Shown here: in pieces, positions 1-8,869 of the stretch
Layout: each line of letters starts with the position of its first letter
How positions within the stretch are numbered: position 1 is the stretch's first letter
Program-made: the position numbers and the translations under genes
The notes under the pieces: model-generated
Seen by the model: the letters and a program-made list of their open reading frames with translations, nothing else
What the model was told of the DNA's origin: nothing
Databases searched by the model: none
Sequence record: DRR378314_1821
Length of the DNA stretch: 32,118 bases
Direction: 5' to 3' (one strand)

Positions 1-35
1 AAGACTGCCGCATTCGACCACTCTGCCATTTCTCC
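1..35 (-). tRNA. tRNA-Ser, probably anticodon TGA; 5' part only, truncated by the window edge
   Basis: Reverse complement reads GGAGAAATGGCAGAGTGGTCGAATGCGGCAGTCTT: acceptor 5' strand, D-arm TGGCAGAGTGGTCGAATGC typical of Ser tRNAs, anticodon stem GCAGT, then CT plus a first anticodon base T. Confidence 0.88.
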
Positions 36-45
36 TTAGCGGGTG

Positions 46-53
46 CAAATATA
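46..53 (-). promoter_or_regulatory. Bacteroidota sigma-A -7 element (TATATTTG) for the tRNA
   Basis: Exact TAnnTTTG on the minus strand ending 10 nt upstream of the tRNA 5' end. Confidence 0.75.
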
Positions 54-132
54 GAAACCTTTTTATTCTTTTTAAAAGAAAATCCATTTTTTATTTCATA
101 ATTTAAATTAGGCTAGATTCTTTCCAAGCACT

Positions 133-140
133 TACTTTTG
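133..140 (+). promoter_or_regulatory. -7 promoter element (TACTTTTG) for the TauE/SafE gene
   Basis: Exact TAnnTTTG followed by 4 nt (ccta) and the ATG at 145. Confidence 0.65.
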
Positions 141-144
141 CCTA

Positions 145-903
145 ATGGAAGAATGGTACCATTATGTGCTTTTGGCTTTGGTAGGTCTCGCAGTTGGTGC
201 GCTCAATACTTTGGCTGCCGGTGGCTCCCTTCTTACATTGCCTATTCTAATTTTTCTTGGCCTGCCCGCCAGTGTTGCCAACGGCACCAACAGGATAGCC
301 GTACTTACCCAGGGAATTGCCAATGTTGCCGGCTACAAGAGTAAGGGCAAGGCAATAGCCAGTCCGTTTATTTTGTATCTTTCCATAGTAGCTACAGTAG
401 GTACGCTAATTGGTTCCAAACTGGCCATAGATATTAATGAGAATGCCTTTAGTAAAATACTGGCCATTGTAATGGTCCTAATAGTTATTGTGATGCTTGT
501 GCAACCCAGAATACGCATTAACGATTTTGAAGAAATCATTACGGGAAAAAGACAATTTTGGGCCATTGTCTCCTTTTTCTTTATAGGTATTTACGGTGGC
601 TTCATACAAGCAGGAACCGGTATTTTTGTGTTATTGGCGTTATCAACTATCAATCACCTTACATTGATGAAATCCAACGTCATTAAGGCTGTGGTCATGG
701 TGGTGTACACCAGTGCAGCTTTGATACTTTTCGGGTTGAACGGTAAACTGGATTGGGAAATAGGCTTAACTTTGGCCTCCGGACAAACACTCGGAGGATG
801 GTTGACCAGCAGATGGTCCGTGGACAAAGGGGACAAAATCGTAAAAATATTACTGATTATTGTGGTTATTTTCATGTCCATTAAACTATGGTTTTTTAAT
901 TAA
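145..903 (+). CDS. Sulfite exporter TauE/SafE (TSUP) family membrane protein
   Basis: 252 aa, highly hydrophobic, two-repeat architecture with AAGGSLLTLP...ANGTN and GIYGGFIQAGTG motifs. Confidence 0.88.
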   Translation: MEEWYHYVLLALVGLAVGALNTLAAGGSLLTLPILIFLGLPASVANGTNRIAVLTQGIANVAGYKSKGKAIASPFILYLSIVATVGTLIGSKLAIDINENAFSKILAIVMVLIVIVMLVQPRIRINDFEEIITGKRQFWAIVSFFFIGIYGGFIQAGTGIFVLLALSTINHLTLMKSNVIKAVVMVVYTSAALILFGLNGKLDWEIGLTLASGQTLGGWLTSRWSVDKGDKIVKILLIIVVIFMSIKLWFFN

Positions 904-916
904 AAGAGAATAAATT

Positions 917-1549
917 TTGGATATTATCAAGAAATTGGAATGGCGCTATGCAGTGAAGAAGTTCAATGCCGATAAGATGTTGACTGAGGAAAAGCTGGAA
1001 AAATTAAAGCAGGCCTTTAATTTAACAGCCACTTCCTATGGATTACAACCCATCAAATTATTGGTGGTTCAAAATAAGGAGCTACAAAAAGAGTTGGTGA
1101 AGTTTTCCTATGGCCAAAAGCAGGTGGCCCAAGCATCGCACGTTCTTGTTATTTGTATTGAAAAGCAAATTGACCAGAAATTTATCCATGACTATTTTGC
1201 CAGGGTACAGCAAATTAGAAATACTTCGGATGAAATACTTGATCCCTTTAAAGGGGCACTGGTCGAAAGCTTCTCCAAAAAGGAAAGGGAAGAGGTCAGG
1301 GTATGGGCCACCAATCAGGCCTATCTAGCGTTGGGTACGCTGCTTACCGTTTGCGCCTTGGAGGAAGTCGATGCCTGTCCTATGGAAGGCTTTCAGCCAA
1401 CGTCCTATGACGAGCTGTTGGGACTGGATAAACTAAAACTTACTTCTGTATTGGTACTTCCTGTTGGCTACAGGTCCACCGATGATATGTTTGCTACCTT
1501 AAAAAAAGTGCGTAGGGACTTGGATGAAAGTATCATTCATATACCCTGA
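917..1549 (+). CDS. NAD(P)H-dependent nitroreductase (NfsB-like flavoprotein)
   Basis: WRYAVKKF, ATSYGLQP, DACPMEGF and C-terminal VGYR...KKVRR motifs; TTG start. Confidence 0.88.
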   Translation: MDIIKKLEWRYAVKKFNADKMLTEEKLEKLKQAFNLTATSYGLQPIKLLVVQNKELQKELVKFSYGQKQVAQASHVLVICIEKQIDQKFIHDYFARVQQIRNTSDEILDPFKGALVESFSKKEREEVRVWATNQAYLALGTLLTVCALEEVDACPMEGFQPTSYDELLGLDKLKLTSVLVLPVGYRSTDDMFATLKKVRRDLDESIIHIP

Positions 1550-1598
1550 TCCAATCACAAAAAATCAATTTAATAACCTAATAATTAAGAATTAAAAT

Positions 1599-2807
1599 AT
1601 GCCAGGATTTGAACTTTTTGGAGATAAGGAACGGAAACAGGTCAATGACGTTTTGGATTCAGGAGTATTAATGCGGTATGGTTTTGATGGCATGAGGAAT
1701 GGCCATTGGAAAGCAAAAGAACTGGAAAAGGCCCTGGAAAAGCGAATGCAAGTGAACCATGCCCAATTGGTGAGCAGTGGAACTGCAGCCCTAACAGTGG
1801 CTTTGGCCTGTGCCAAAGTAGGTGCGGGGGATGAAGTTATTTTGCCGACATTTACTTTTGTGGCAAGCTTTGAAGCAGTCCTCTCCGTTGGGGCTGTTCC
1901 CATCCTAGTGGATGTAGACGATACACTTACACTAGACCCCCTTGCCGTGGAGAACGCAATTACCGATAAAACCAAAATAGTGATGCCTGTCCATATGTGT
2001 GGATCCATGGCAGATCTAGCACCATTAAAAGTGATTTGTGAAAAACACGGCCTAATTCTCTTGGAAGATGCCTGTCAGGCCATTGGTGGCAGTTACGACG
2101 GTAAACCTTTGGGAAGTTACGGGGATTTGGGATGTTTTTCGTTCGACTATGTAAAGACCATTACCTGTGGAGAGGGGGGTGCAGTGATCACCAATAACCA
2201 GGAGTTTTATAAACTCGCCGACCAATATTCAGATCATGGACATGATCATATTGGTAAGGATAGGGGAGCGGAAGGCCATCCGATCTTGGGCTATAACTAT
2301 AGGATTTCGGAACTGCATGCCGCCGTAGGCCTTGCTCAAATAGAACGTTTGGACGATTTTATAGCTACCCAGAAAAAAAATTATTCTATAATACGTTCTA
2401 CCTTGGAAAAAATCCCTGGAATTAGCTTTAGGCGAGTCCCAAAAAATGGTGTTGAGAACTATTCCTTCCTCAGTTTCTATCTGTCAACAGAAGAAATGGC
2501 CAGAAAGACAATCAAGGCTTTTTCTGAAAATGGCGTGGATGCCTGCTTTTATTGGTTCAACAACAATTGGCATTATTACAAAAAATGGGATCATTTAAAG
2601 GATATGAATAGCCTGAATGGTTTTTCCAAGGAGTTAAAAGAGGGATTGCCAAATTATAATATGTCCGATTTTTCCAAATCTGATCAATGGGTGGGCAGAA
2701 ATATTTCCTGTTTAATCAAATTGGGTTGGACAGATGAGGAGGTTACTTCAAGGGCTGAAAAAATGGCAAATGTTCTACGAAATATTGTGGATTTCTCCAA
2801 TTATTGA
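1599..2807 (+). CDS. kdnA: DegT/DnrJ/EryC1/StrS PLP aminotransferase, KdnA-like (8-amino-3,8-dideoxy-manno-octulosonate transaminase)
   Basis: SSGTAAL, EDACQA and SFDYVKTITCGEGG (PLP lysine) motifs. MPGFELFG, SDHGHDHIGKDRGAE and CFYW..NNWHY match Shewanella KdnA as I recall it. Confidence 0.75.
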   Translation: MPGFELFGDKERKQVNDVLDSGVLMRYGFDGMRNGHWKAKELEKALEKRMQVNHAQLVSSGTAALTVALACAKVGAGDEVILPTFTFVASFEAVLSVGAVPILVDVDDTLTLDPLAVENAITDKTKIVMPVHMCGSMADLAPLKVICEKHGLILLEDACQAIGGSYDGKPLGSYGDLGCFSFDYVKTITCGEGGAVITNNQEFYKLADQYSDHGHDHIGKDRGAEGHPILGYNYRISELHAAVGLAQIERLDDFIATQKKNYSIIRSTLEKIPGISFRRVPKNGVENYSFLSFYLSTEEMARKTIKAFSENGVDACFYWFNNNWHYYKKWDHLKDMNSLNGFSKELKEGLPNYNMSDFSKSDQWVGRNISCLIKLGWTDEEVTSRAEKMANVLRNIVDFSNY

Positions 2808-2851
2808 GTTATTATTGATACAAAAATGTTATTCAACATAAAATCAACTTA

Positions 2852-5146
2852 ATGAAGATTAATCAAGCATCTATTTTTTTTCTTTTGCTACTCACCATTT
2901 TTACATTTAATTCTTGTAAAGAAATACAATCGGAAAACCCTAAACCTGATAATTTTGTTGACCTAGTATATCCACAACTCGATTCGGAAAACTCACGATG
3001 GTTCTTTTTCTCCTCGGCATCTAGACCCTTTGGCATGGTGAATTTAAGTCCGGATACAGAAATTGACGGAGCATGGGGAAGTGGTTACAGACACAAGACA
3101 GATACCATCAAAGGCTTTAGCCATGTTCACGGATGGCAGATTTCAGGGCTATCAGTAATGCCAGTAAGCATTACCTCTGAAAACGAGACTGGGGTATTTA
3201 AAGATTTTTACTCCAAATTTAATCACCAAGCAGAAAAGGCTTCTCCAGGCTATCATCTGGTAGATCTAGAGCGCTATGGAATATCGGCGGAACTTACCAG
3301 TACTAAAAGAGTAGGGTTCCACAAATACTCCTTTCCTAGCGAAGGTAGTCCTGCCATACTATTTAATCTGAATACCCTTTTGGGACCTAGTGAAAATGTA
3401 AATGGAAAAATGGAAAAAATAGGAAACAAAATTCTTACCGGTGAGTTGGAAATGAGTCCTACCCATAGAAGGCCCAAACCCTTCAAACTGTTTTTCAAGA
3501 TAGAATTGAATTCCGAAATCAGTGCTATCGACCATGATCCGGAAACTGGCAATTATTTAGTTTTCATGAATGAAAAAAACCGGAATGTATTAATGAAGGC
3601 CAGTATATCCTATACGTCTGTCGAAAATGCGAAAGTAAATATGGATTCGGAACTGAACCATTGGGATTTTCAAAAGGTGGTGGACGAATCCGAAGAAGAG
3701 TGGAATGGTTTTCTTGGTAGAATTAAAATTAAAGGAGGTACAGAAACACAACAGCGCAGATTTTATACGGACCTTTGGCACGCTTTGCAAGGTAGAAGGG
3801 TAATAAGTGATATTAATGGAGCCTATCCCGATAATACTGGAGATAACCTTAGAATAGGACAAATACCCTTGGATCCTGCCGGACAACCTAAATTTAACCA
3901 TTATAATTCCGATTCCTTCTGGGGAGCCCAATGGACTATAAATACGCTTTGGGGCTTGGTCTATCCAGATATTATGGAAGATTTTGTCCATTCCCTGATA
4001 CAATATTATCGGGATGGTGGTTTGGTCCCACGGGGACCTTCAGGGGGCAATTACACTTATGTTATGACAGGTGCCTCGTCTACCCCTTTTATAGTCAGTG
4101 CCATTCAGAAAGGTATTATTAAAGAAGATACCGAATTTATTTATCAGGCATTAAAGAAAAATCATATGCCAGGAGGAATTATGGAAAAGGCTGGTTATGA
4201 ACATAAAACAGCGCTTGGTGGAGGCTTTAAGTATTACCTGAATAACGGTTTTGTTCCCTATCCGATTCCCGAGGGTAAATTTGGAGGACACCAGGACGGA
4301 GCTAGCCTAACTATGGAATATGCCTACCAAGATTGGACCTTGGCACAATTGGCCAAAAAACTTGGGCATAAGGATGACTATGATGTGTTTGCCCTGCGTT
4401 CCAATAATTACCAAAATGTATTCGACAAAGTTTCCGGTTGGATGAGACCAAAGGATGTAGAAGGAGGTTGGTTGGAGAATTATGATCCTTACGAACACCA
4501 GCATGGATTTATAGAGTCCAATGGGGCACAATCAACGTGGTTTGTACCTCATGACATTGGCGGTTTGGCAAACTTGATGGGCGGCAAATCGAAGGCCGCT
4601 GAAAAATTGAATCATCAATTCGAGGTGGCGGAAAAACTAGGGTTCACAGCAGGTAATTCGCACTCGCAGGAACTTCACCCGGAATATAGACGTATACCCA
4701 TCAATTACGGTAACCAACCATCCATTCAGACGGCATTTGTATTTAATCAGTTGGACAGGCCCGATCTAGCGCAATTTTGGTCTAGAAAAGTGGTAGACAA
4801 AGTTTTTAGTGGACTTTCTCCTGCAACTGGCTACAATGGCGATGAAGACCAGGGACTTATGGGAAGTTTATCCGTTCTAATGAAAATAGGTCTTTTTCAA
4901 ATGAACGGAGGAACCGAAAATGATCCGGTTTATGAATTGGGAAGTCCAATTTTTGACACCATAGAGATAAGTCTTCATCCCCAATATTATAAAGGCAATA
5001 AATTTACTATAAAGGTAAAGAACAGCGATATGGATAACTGGCTTATAAAAAGCTCCAGTTTGGATGGTAAAGCTCTAAATGGATTCACCGTAAGACACTC
5101 ACAAATAGTAAAAGGAGGGGAACTCGAACTTGAGATGGGTCAATAG
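2852..5146 (+). CDS. GH92 alpha-mannosidase, predicted lipoprotein
   Basis: RPFGMVNLSPDT, GFSHVH, IESN (acid), YGNQP and GDEDQG (Ca-binding/base) motifs; lipobox-like FNSC at residue 22. Confidence 0.9.
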   Translation: MKINQASIFFLLLLTIFTFNSCKEIQSENPKPDNFVDLVYPQLDSENSRWFFFSSASRPFGMVNLSPDTEIDGAWGSGYRHKTDTIKGFSHVHGWQISGLSVMPVSITSENETGVFKDFYSKFNHQAEKASPGYHLVDLERYGISAELTSTKRVGFHKYSFPSEGSPAILFNLNTLLGPSENVNGKMEKIGNKILTGELEMSPTHRRPKPFKLFFKIELNSEISAIDHDPETGNYLVFMNEKNRNVLMKASISYTSVENAKVNMDSELNHWDFQKVVDESEEEWNGFLGRIKIKGGTETQQRRFYTDLWHALQGRRVISDINGAYPDNTGDNLRIGQIPLDPAGQPKFNHYNSDSFWGAQWTINTLWGLVYPDIMEDFVHSLIQYYRDGGLVPRGPSGGNYTYVMTGASSTPFIVSAIQKGIIKEDTEFIYQALKKNHMPGGIMEKAGYEHKTALGGGFKYYLNNGFVPYPIPEGKFGGHQDGASLTMEYAYQDWTLAQLAKKLGHKDDYDVFALRSNNYQNVFDKVSGWMRPKDVEGGWLENYDPYEHQHGFIESNGAQSTWFVPHDIGGLANLMGGKSKAAEKLNHQFEVAEKLGFTAGNSHSQELHPEYRRIPINYGNQPSIQTAFVFNQLDRPDLAQFWSRKVVDKVFSGLSPATGYNGDEDQGLMGSLSVLMKIGLFQMNGGTENDPVYELGSPIFDTIEISLHPQYYKGNKFTIKVKNSDMDNWLIKSSSLDGKALNGFTVRHSQIVKGGELELEMGQ

Positions 5147-5157
5147 AATTATATATA

Positions 5158-5194
5158 AGGTGAAACATAAGGATCAAAATCCCTAGTTTCACTT
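5158..5194 (+). terminator. Imperfect hairpin after GH92, possible terminator or stabiliser
   Basis: AGGTGAAACATAAGGAT-CAAA-ATCCCTAGTTTCACTT; no strong U tract. Confidence 0.35.
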
Positions 5195-5371
5195 GAAATA
5201 TACAAACAGCCATTGGTTTATATCAACTACATGTATCTTTCGCCATAATTGGGGTGATGAAAACTGAACAAGTATTGACCTTAAGAATATTAATATATAT
5301 CCATGTAAATCTTGAGGAATATAAGTATATTTAAATTAGCAAATCAAATCACCATTAAATCTTTTAGTAAT

Positions 5372-6160
5372 ATGAATTCCAAGATTATTTTCCTTTTCCT
5401 ATTTTCTATTGCTTTTTCTTTGCAAATAGGAGCACAAAACAAACATATCAGCACTCCTCCTGAAGTATCACCTATGCCCATGAAGGCAGAAATGACGGAA
5501 ATATGGGAACCAGAAGTAAGTGTAGTGACTCCTGCAAAAACATTGGGAGACGCCCCTTCGGATGCAATAATTTTATTTGATGGAACAAACTTGGATCAAT
5601 GGGTAAAACAAAAAGACAATGCACAACCGGCACCATGGAAAATTGTAGACAATGACCATATGGAAGTAGTTCCCGGTTCTGGAGGTATAAGTACAAAGAT
5701 GAAATTTGGTGACTGCCAGATTCACATAGAATTTAGTGCTCCGGATGTGGTGGAAGGTTCAAGCCAGGGTAGGGGCAATAGCGGATTATTTTTGCAGAAC
5801 AGATATGAATTGCAAATATTGGATTCTTACAATAACCGTACCTATAGAAACGGACAGGCAGCTAGTATTTATAAAGACCACGCACCCTTGGTAAATGCGA
5901 TGCGCGGTCCATTGGAATGGAACACTTACGACGTAATATATACGGCCCCTAGATTTAAAAAAGATGGCCGATTGGATGCCAAGGCGAAGATTACGGTTCT
6001 ACACAACGGTGTTCTAGTACAAAATAATGTAGAGATTAGTGGTAACACCTATTATATTGGTTTGCATGACTACCCCTCTGCCCATGGCGATGATGTACTT
6101 TCTCTACAGGACCACGGCAACAAAACTCAATTTAGAAACATCTGGGTAAGACCCTTGTAA
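5372..6160 (+). CDS. DUF1080 / 3-keto-disaccharide hydrolase family secreted protein
   Basis: PSDAIILFDG, GNSGLFLQNRYELQILDS, WNTYDV and LQDHG...FRNIWVR motifs. Start moved from TTG 5312 to ATG 5372, which gives a clean signal peptide (MNSKIIFLFLFSIAFSLQIGA-Q) downstream of a TAAATTAG -7-like element at 5332-5339. Confidence 0.85.
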   Translation: MNSKIIFLFLFSIAFSLQIGAQNKHISTPPEVSPMPMKAEMTEIWEPEVSVVTPAKTLGDAPSDAIILFDGTNLDQWVKQKDNAQPAPWKIVDNDHMEVVPGSGGISTKMKFGDCQIHIEFSAPDVVEGSSQGRGNSGLFLQNRYELQILDSYNNRTYRNGQAASIYKDHAPLVNAMRGPLEWNTYDVIYTAPRFKKDGRLDAKAKITVLHNGVLVQNNVEISGNTYYIGLHDYPSAHGDDVLSLQDHGNKTQFRNIWVRPL

Positions 6161-6181
6161 GTCGGGACTACCTTGAGCCAA

Positions 6182-6222
6182 AATAAAATGCCGAAGGAAA
6201 TTGAACCTTCGGCATTTATTAT
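6182..6222. terminator. Bidirectional intrinsic terminator between DUF1080 and ribB
   Basis: 12-bp perfect stem AAATGCCGAAGG / CCTTCGGCATTT with 8-nt loop and A/T flanks, between convergent genes. Confidence 0.85.
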
Positions 6223-6242
6223 TTAAGATTTAATCGTCCTTA

Positions 6243-7385
6243 TTAATACGTTACGTATTCTACAATTTCCAGTCCGTAACCTACAAGCCCAACCCTTTTG
6301 GTGTGACTAGAATTGCTCAACAACCTAATTTTGGCTATATCCAAATCGTGCAAAATTTGGGCTCCAACACCAAAATCCTTGGCGTCCATATCCACTTTGG
6401 GAGCTTTGTATATTCCTTGTTTTTGTAATTCTTTCAGTTCACCTAATCGGCCCAATAGGTTTAATGATTCGGTTTCCTGATTAATAAAGACTATTGCCCC
6501 TTTGCCTTCTTCATTGATGGCGTTGAACATATCTTCCAATTTTTTGTCCGGATTGTTGGTAAGGGTGCCAAGAATGTCATTGTTGATCAGCGTAGAATTA
6601 ATCCTGGTCAGGACTTTGTCTTCTTTCTTCCAAGAGCCTTTGGTCAACGCTAAATGTATCTGATTATTCGTGGTCTGTTGGTAGGCCCTCAATCTAAATT
6701 CGCCAAATCTGGTAACAATATTAAAATCTTCCTTTTTACGGATAAGACTATCATGCTCCATACGATAGGCTATCAAAGCTTCGATAGACACAATTTTTAG
6801 ATCAAATGTCTTGGCCACTTTTACCAACTGGGGCAATCTGGCCATAGATCCATCCTCGTTCATAATCTCAACGATAACCCCGGCAGGTTTTAGTCCGGCC
6901 AAACGGGCAAAATCAATGGCGGCTTCGGTATGTCCCGTTCTTCTTAATACCCCCCCTTCTTTAGCTACCAAAGGAAATATATGCCCAGGCCTACCCAAAT
7001 CATGGGCCTTAATACTTAAATCTGTTAACGCTTTAACGGTACTCGCACGATCTGCGGCAGAAATGCCCGTGGTAACACCATGGCCCCTTAAATCTACAGA
7101 AACTGTGAACGCGGTTTCCATAGGATCAGTATTATTGTGCACCATCATATGCAGACCCAGTTCCTTACATCTACCTTCGGTAAGTGGTGCACAGATAAGT
7201 CCTCTACCATGGGTAGCCATAAAGTTGATCAACTCTGGTGTAGCCAATTCTGCGGCTGCCAAGAAATCTCCTTCATTTTCCCTATTTTCATCATCCACTA
7301 CAATAATTACCTTGCCCTGCCTTATATCCTCAATAGCTTCCTCAATGGTATTTAGCGTAATAGTCTTTTCAACTTTTGTTGTCAT
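6243..7385 (-). CDS. ribB: 3,4-dihydroxy-2-butanone-4-phosphate synthase fused to a degenerate GTP cyclohydrolase II domain (RibBX-type)
   Basis: DDENRENEGD, RGLIC, TAFTVSVD, TTGISAADR and RTGHTEA motifs; C-terminal GCH II-like domain lacks the zinc cysteines. Confidence 0.92.
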   Translation of the reverse strand: MTTKVEKTITLNTIEEAIEDIRQGKVIIVVDDENRENEGDFLAAAELATPELINFMATHGRGLICAPLTEGRCKELGLHMMVHNNTDPMETAFTVSVDLRGHGVTTGISAADRASTVKALTDLSIKAHDLGRPGHIFPLVAKEGGVLRRTGHTEAAIDFARLAGLKPAGVIVEIMNEDGSMARLPQLVKVAKTFDLKIVSIEALIAYRMEHDSLIRKKEDFNIVTRFGEFRLRAYQQTTNNQIHLALTKGSWKKEDKVLTRINSTLINNDILGTLTNNPDKKLEDMFNAINEEGKGAIVFINQETESLNLLGRLGELKELQKQGIYKAPKVDMDAKDFGVGAQILHDLDIAKIRLLSNSSHTKRVGLVGYGLEIVEYVTY

Positions 7386-8866
7386 GTTACAGCAATTTTT
7401 TCTTTCTTCTTAAATACGCTCTTAAAATAATCCAAAATACTCCCAAAGGACATTAATCCCTTGTCCGCAGTTGCCCTTCTAGTTAGGAAAACACCTAAAG
7501 GTAACATTATAAATGTAGAAAGCCATGCCCCTATAATAGGATTTATATTCCCCTCCTTGGCATAATTTCCAGCAAAAACCCCAATAAAATAATAAGTTAG
7601 GAACAGAATAATTGCAATAACCATAGGCAAACCTAAACCACCTTTTCTGATGATGGCACCCAAAGGGGCCCCAACAAAAAACAAAATAATACAGGATAAT
7701 GCCAGTGCATATTTTTTGTGGAGCGACAAAATGTGAAGACGATATATCTTGTATTTTATTTGAAGCTCATTTTTCTTTCCTTGAATACTTGTTATAATAT
7801 TGGAAGTAGCACTTTTTGCAGAGCTTAAAATCTGTGTCTGGTGCCATGAGGGATAGAGAGCCAATATACTATCTGTACCCATCTTGGTTCCCAAAGAATC
7901 CATTTCTTTCTTTTTTTTATCGATTGTAATTTGGGCTAACGAATCTGGTTTTTTCAGGGGCACGAAAGCGCCCATTCTTCCTACGATATTCTTGGAAAAA
8001 GCAGTTACCAATTTTACATTGTCTTCCTTTAGAGAGTCTATATCTTTGGTTAAGCGGGAAATGTTTTTCATCTTATCCGTACTTACATCCCGCTCCTCAT
8101 CTAAGTCAACATCGTTAAGATCTGAAAGATCCTTGTTAATGGTATAAGTCTTAAAATTGGCCTTGGTAAATGGATTTTTCTTCTTCTCCTTGTTATTTTT
8201 AGTGCTTACGTCCCAGTAATAATGTCCTTCCTTTAATACCAACTGCAAAATATCCGAGTCCTCACTACTGATAAGCTCACCTGATTTGGCCTTGATTACA
8301 GTGGTATTGACCTTTGTTTTGGATTTTTCATGAATGATGACATTTTCCAAGAACCTATCATTTTCCCCATATTTACGATCTACCTTCATGTTCATTTCCG
8401 TACCTTCCAAATCACTAAAAACTCCCTCAGAAATAATCGCCGCAGGTTTAACCTTGGCAATATTCCTTCTTAGATTATATATTTTTTGTTCGGAAATAGG
8501 AATAATGTTATTGGCAAAATAAAAAGTGACACCACCTAAAAATGTAACAAAAACAATAAGAGGCAACATGGCCCTTTGTAAGGAAATACCAGAGGCCTTC
8601 ATGGCCGCAAATTCATAATTTTCCGCAAACGAACCAAAAGTAAGTATGGAAGAAAGTAATACGGTCAAGGGAATTACCCGTTCCATTAGGTTGGGCATAA
8701 GGTAAAACAGGAATTTTCCGATTATGAAAATGTCCAGGCCCTTACCTGCAAAATCATCAATAAACAACCATATCGTTTGAAATACGAAGATAAACATCAG
8801 TATTACGAACGAACTGAGAAAATTAAAAAGGAACCTCGATAATATATATCGGTCTAGAATTCTCAA
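7382..8866 (-). CDS. LptF/LptG family LPS export permease
   Basis: MRILDRYI start, ENYEFAAMKASGISL and FFVGAPLGAIIRKGG motifs, 3+3 TM layout; TTG start; ATGA overlap with ribB. Confidence 0.9.
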   Translation of the reverse strand: MRILDRYILSRFLFNFLSSFVILMFIFVFQTIWLFIDDFAGKGLDIFIIGKFLFYLMPNLMERVIPLTVLLSSILTFGSFAENYEFAAMKASGISLQRAMLPLIVFVTFLGGVTFYFANNIIPISEQKIYNLRRNIAKVKPAAIISEGVFSDLEGTEMNMKVDRKYGENDRFLENVIIHEKSKTKVNTTVIKAKSGELISSEDSDILQLVLKEGHYYWDVSTKNNKEKKKNPFTKANFKTYTINKDLSDLNDVDLDEERDVSTDKMKNISRLTKDIDSLKEDNVKLVTAFSKNIVGRMGAFVPLKKPDSLAQITIDKKKKEMDSLGTKMGTDSILALYPSWHQTQILSSAKSATSNIITSIQGKKNELQIKYKIYRLHILSLHKKYALALSCIILFFVGAPLGAIIRKGGLGLPMVIAIILFLTYYFIGVFAGNYAKEGNINPIIGAWLSTFIMLPLGVFLTRRATADKGLMSFGSILDYFKSVFKKKEKIAVT

Positions 8867-8869
8867 TGT

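Noticed and set aside
917..1549. Nitroreductase as a direct KdnB replacement
   Set aside because: NfsB-like flavoenzymes are not known to oxidise sugar primary alcohols; adjacency is the only support.
5312..5371. TTG-initiated N-terminal extension of DUF1080
   Set aside because: It spans the promoter-like element; ATG 5372 gives a clean signal peptide.
1..6160. Possible genomic island anchored at tRNA-Ser
   Set aside because: These genes lie on the 5' side of the tRNA, and I saw no integrase, direct repeat or obvious compositional shift.
6811..7413. 200-aa plus-strand ORF antisense to ribB
   Set aside because: Lies almost wholly opposite a conserved gene and has no recognisable motif; consistent with an antisense shadow ORF.
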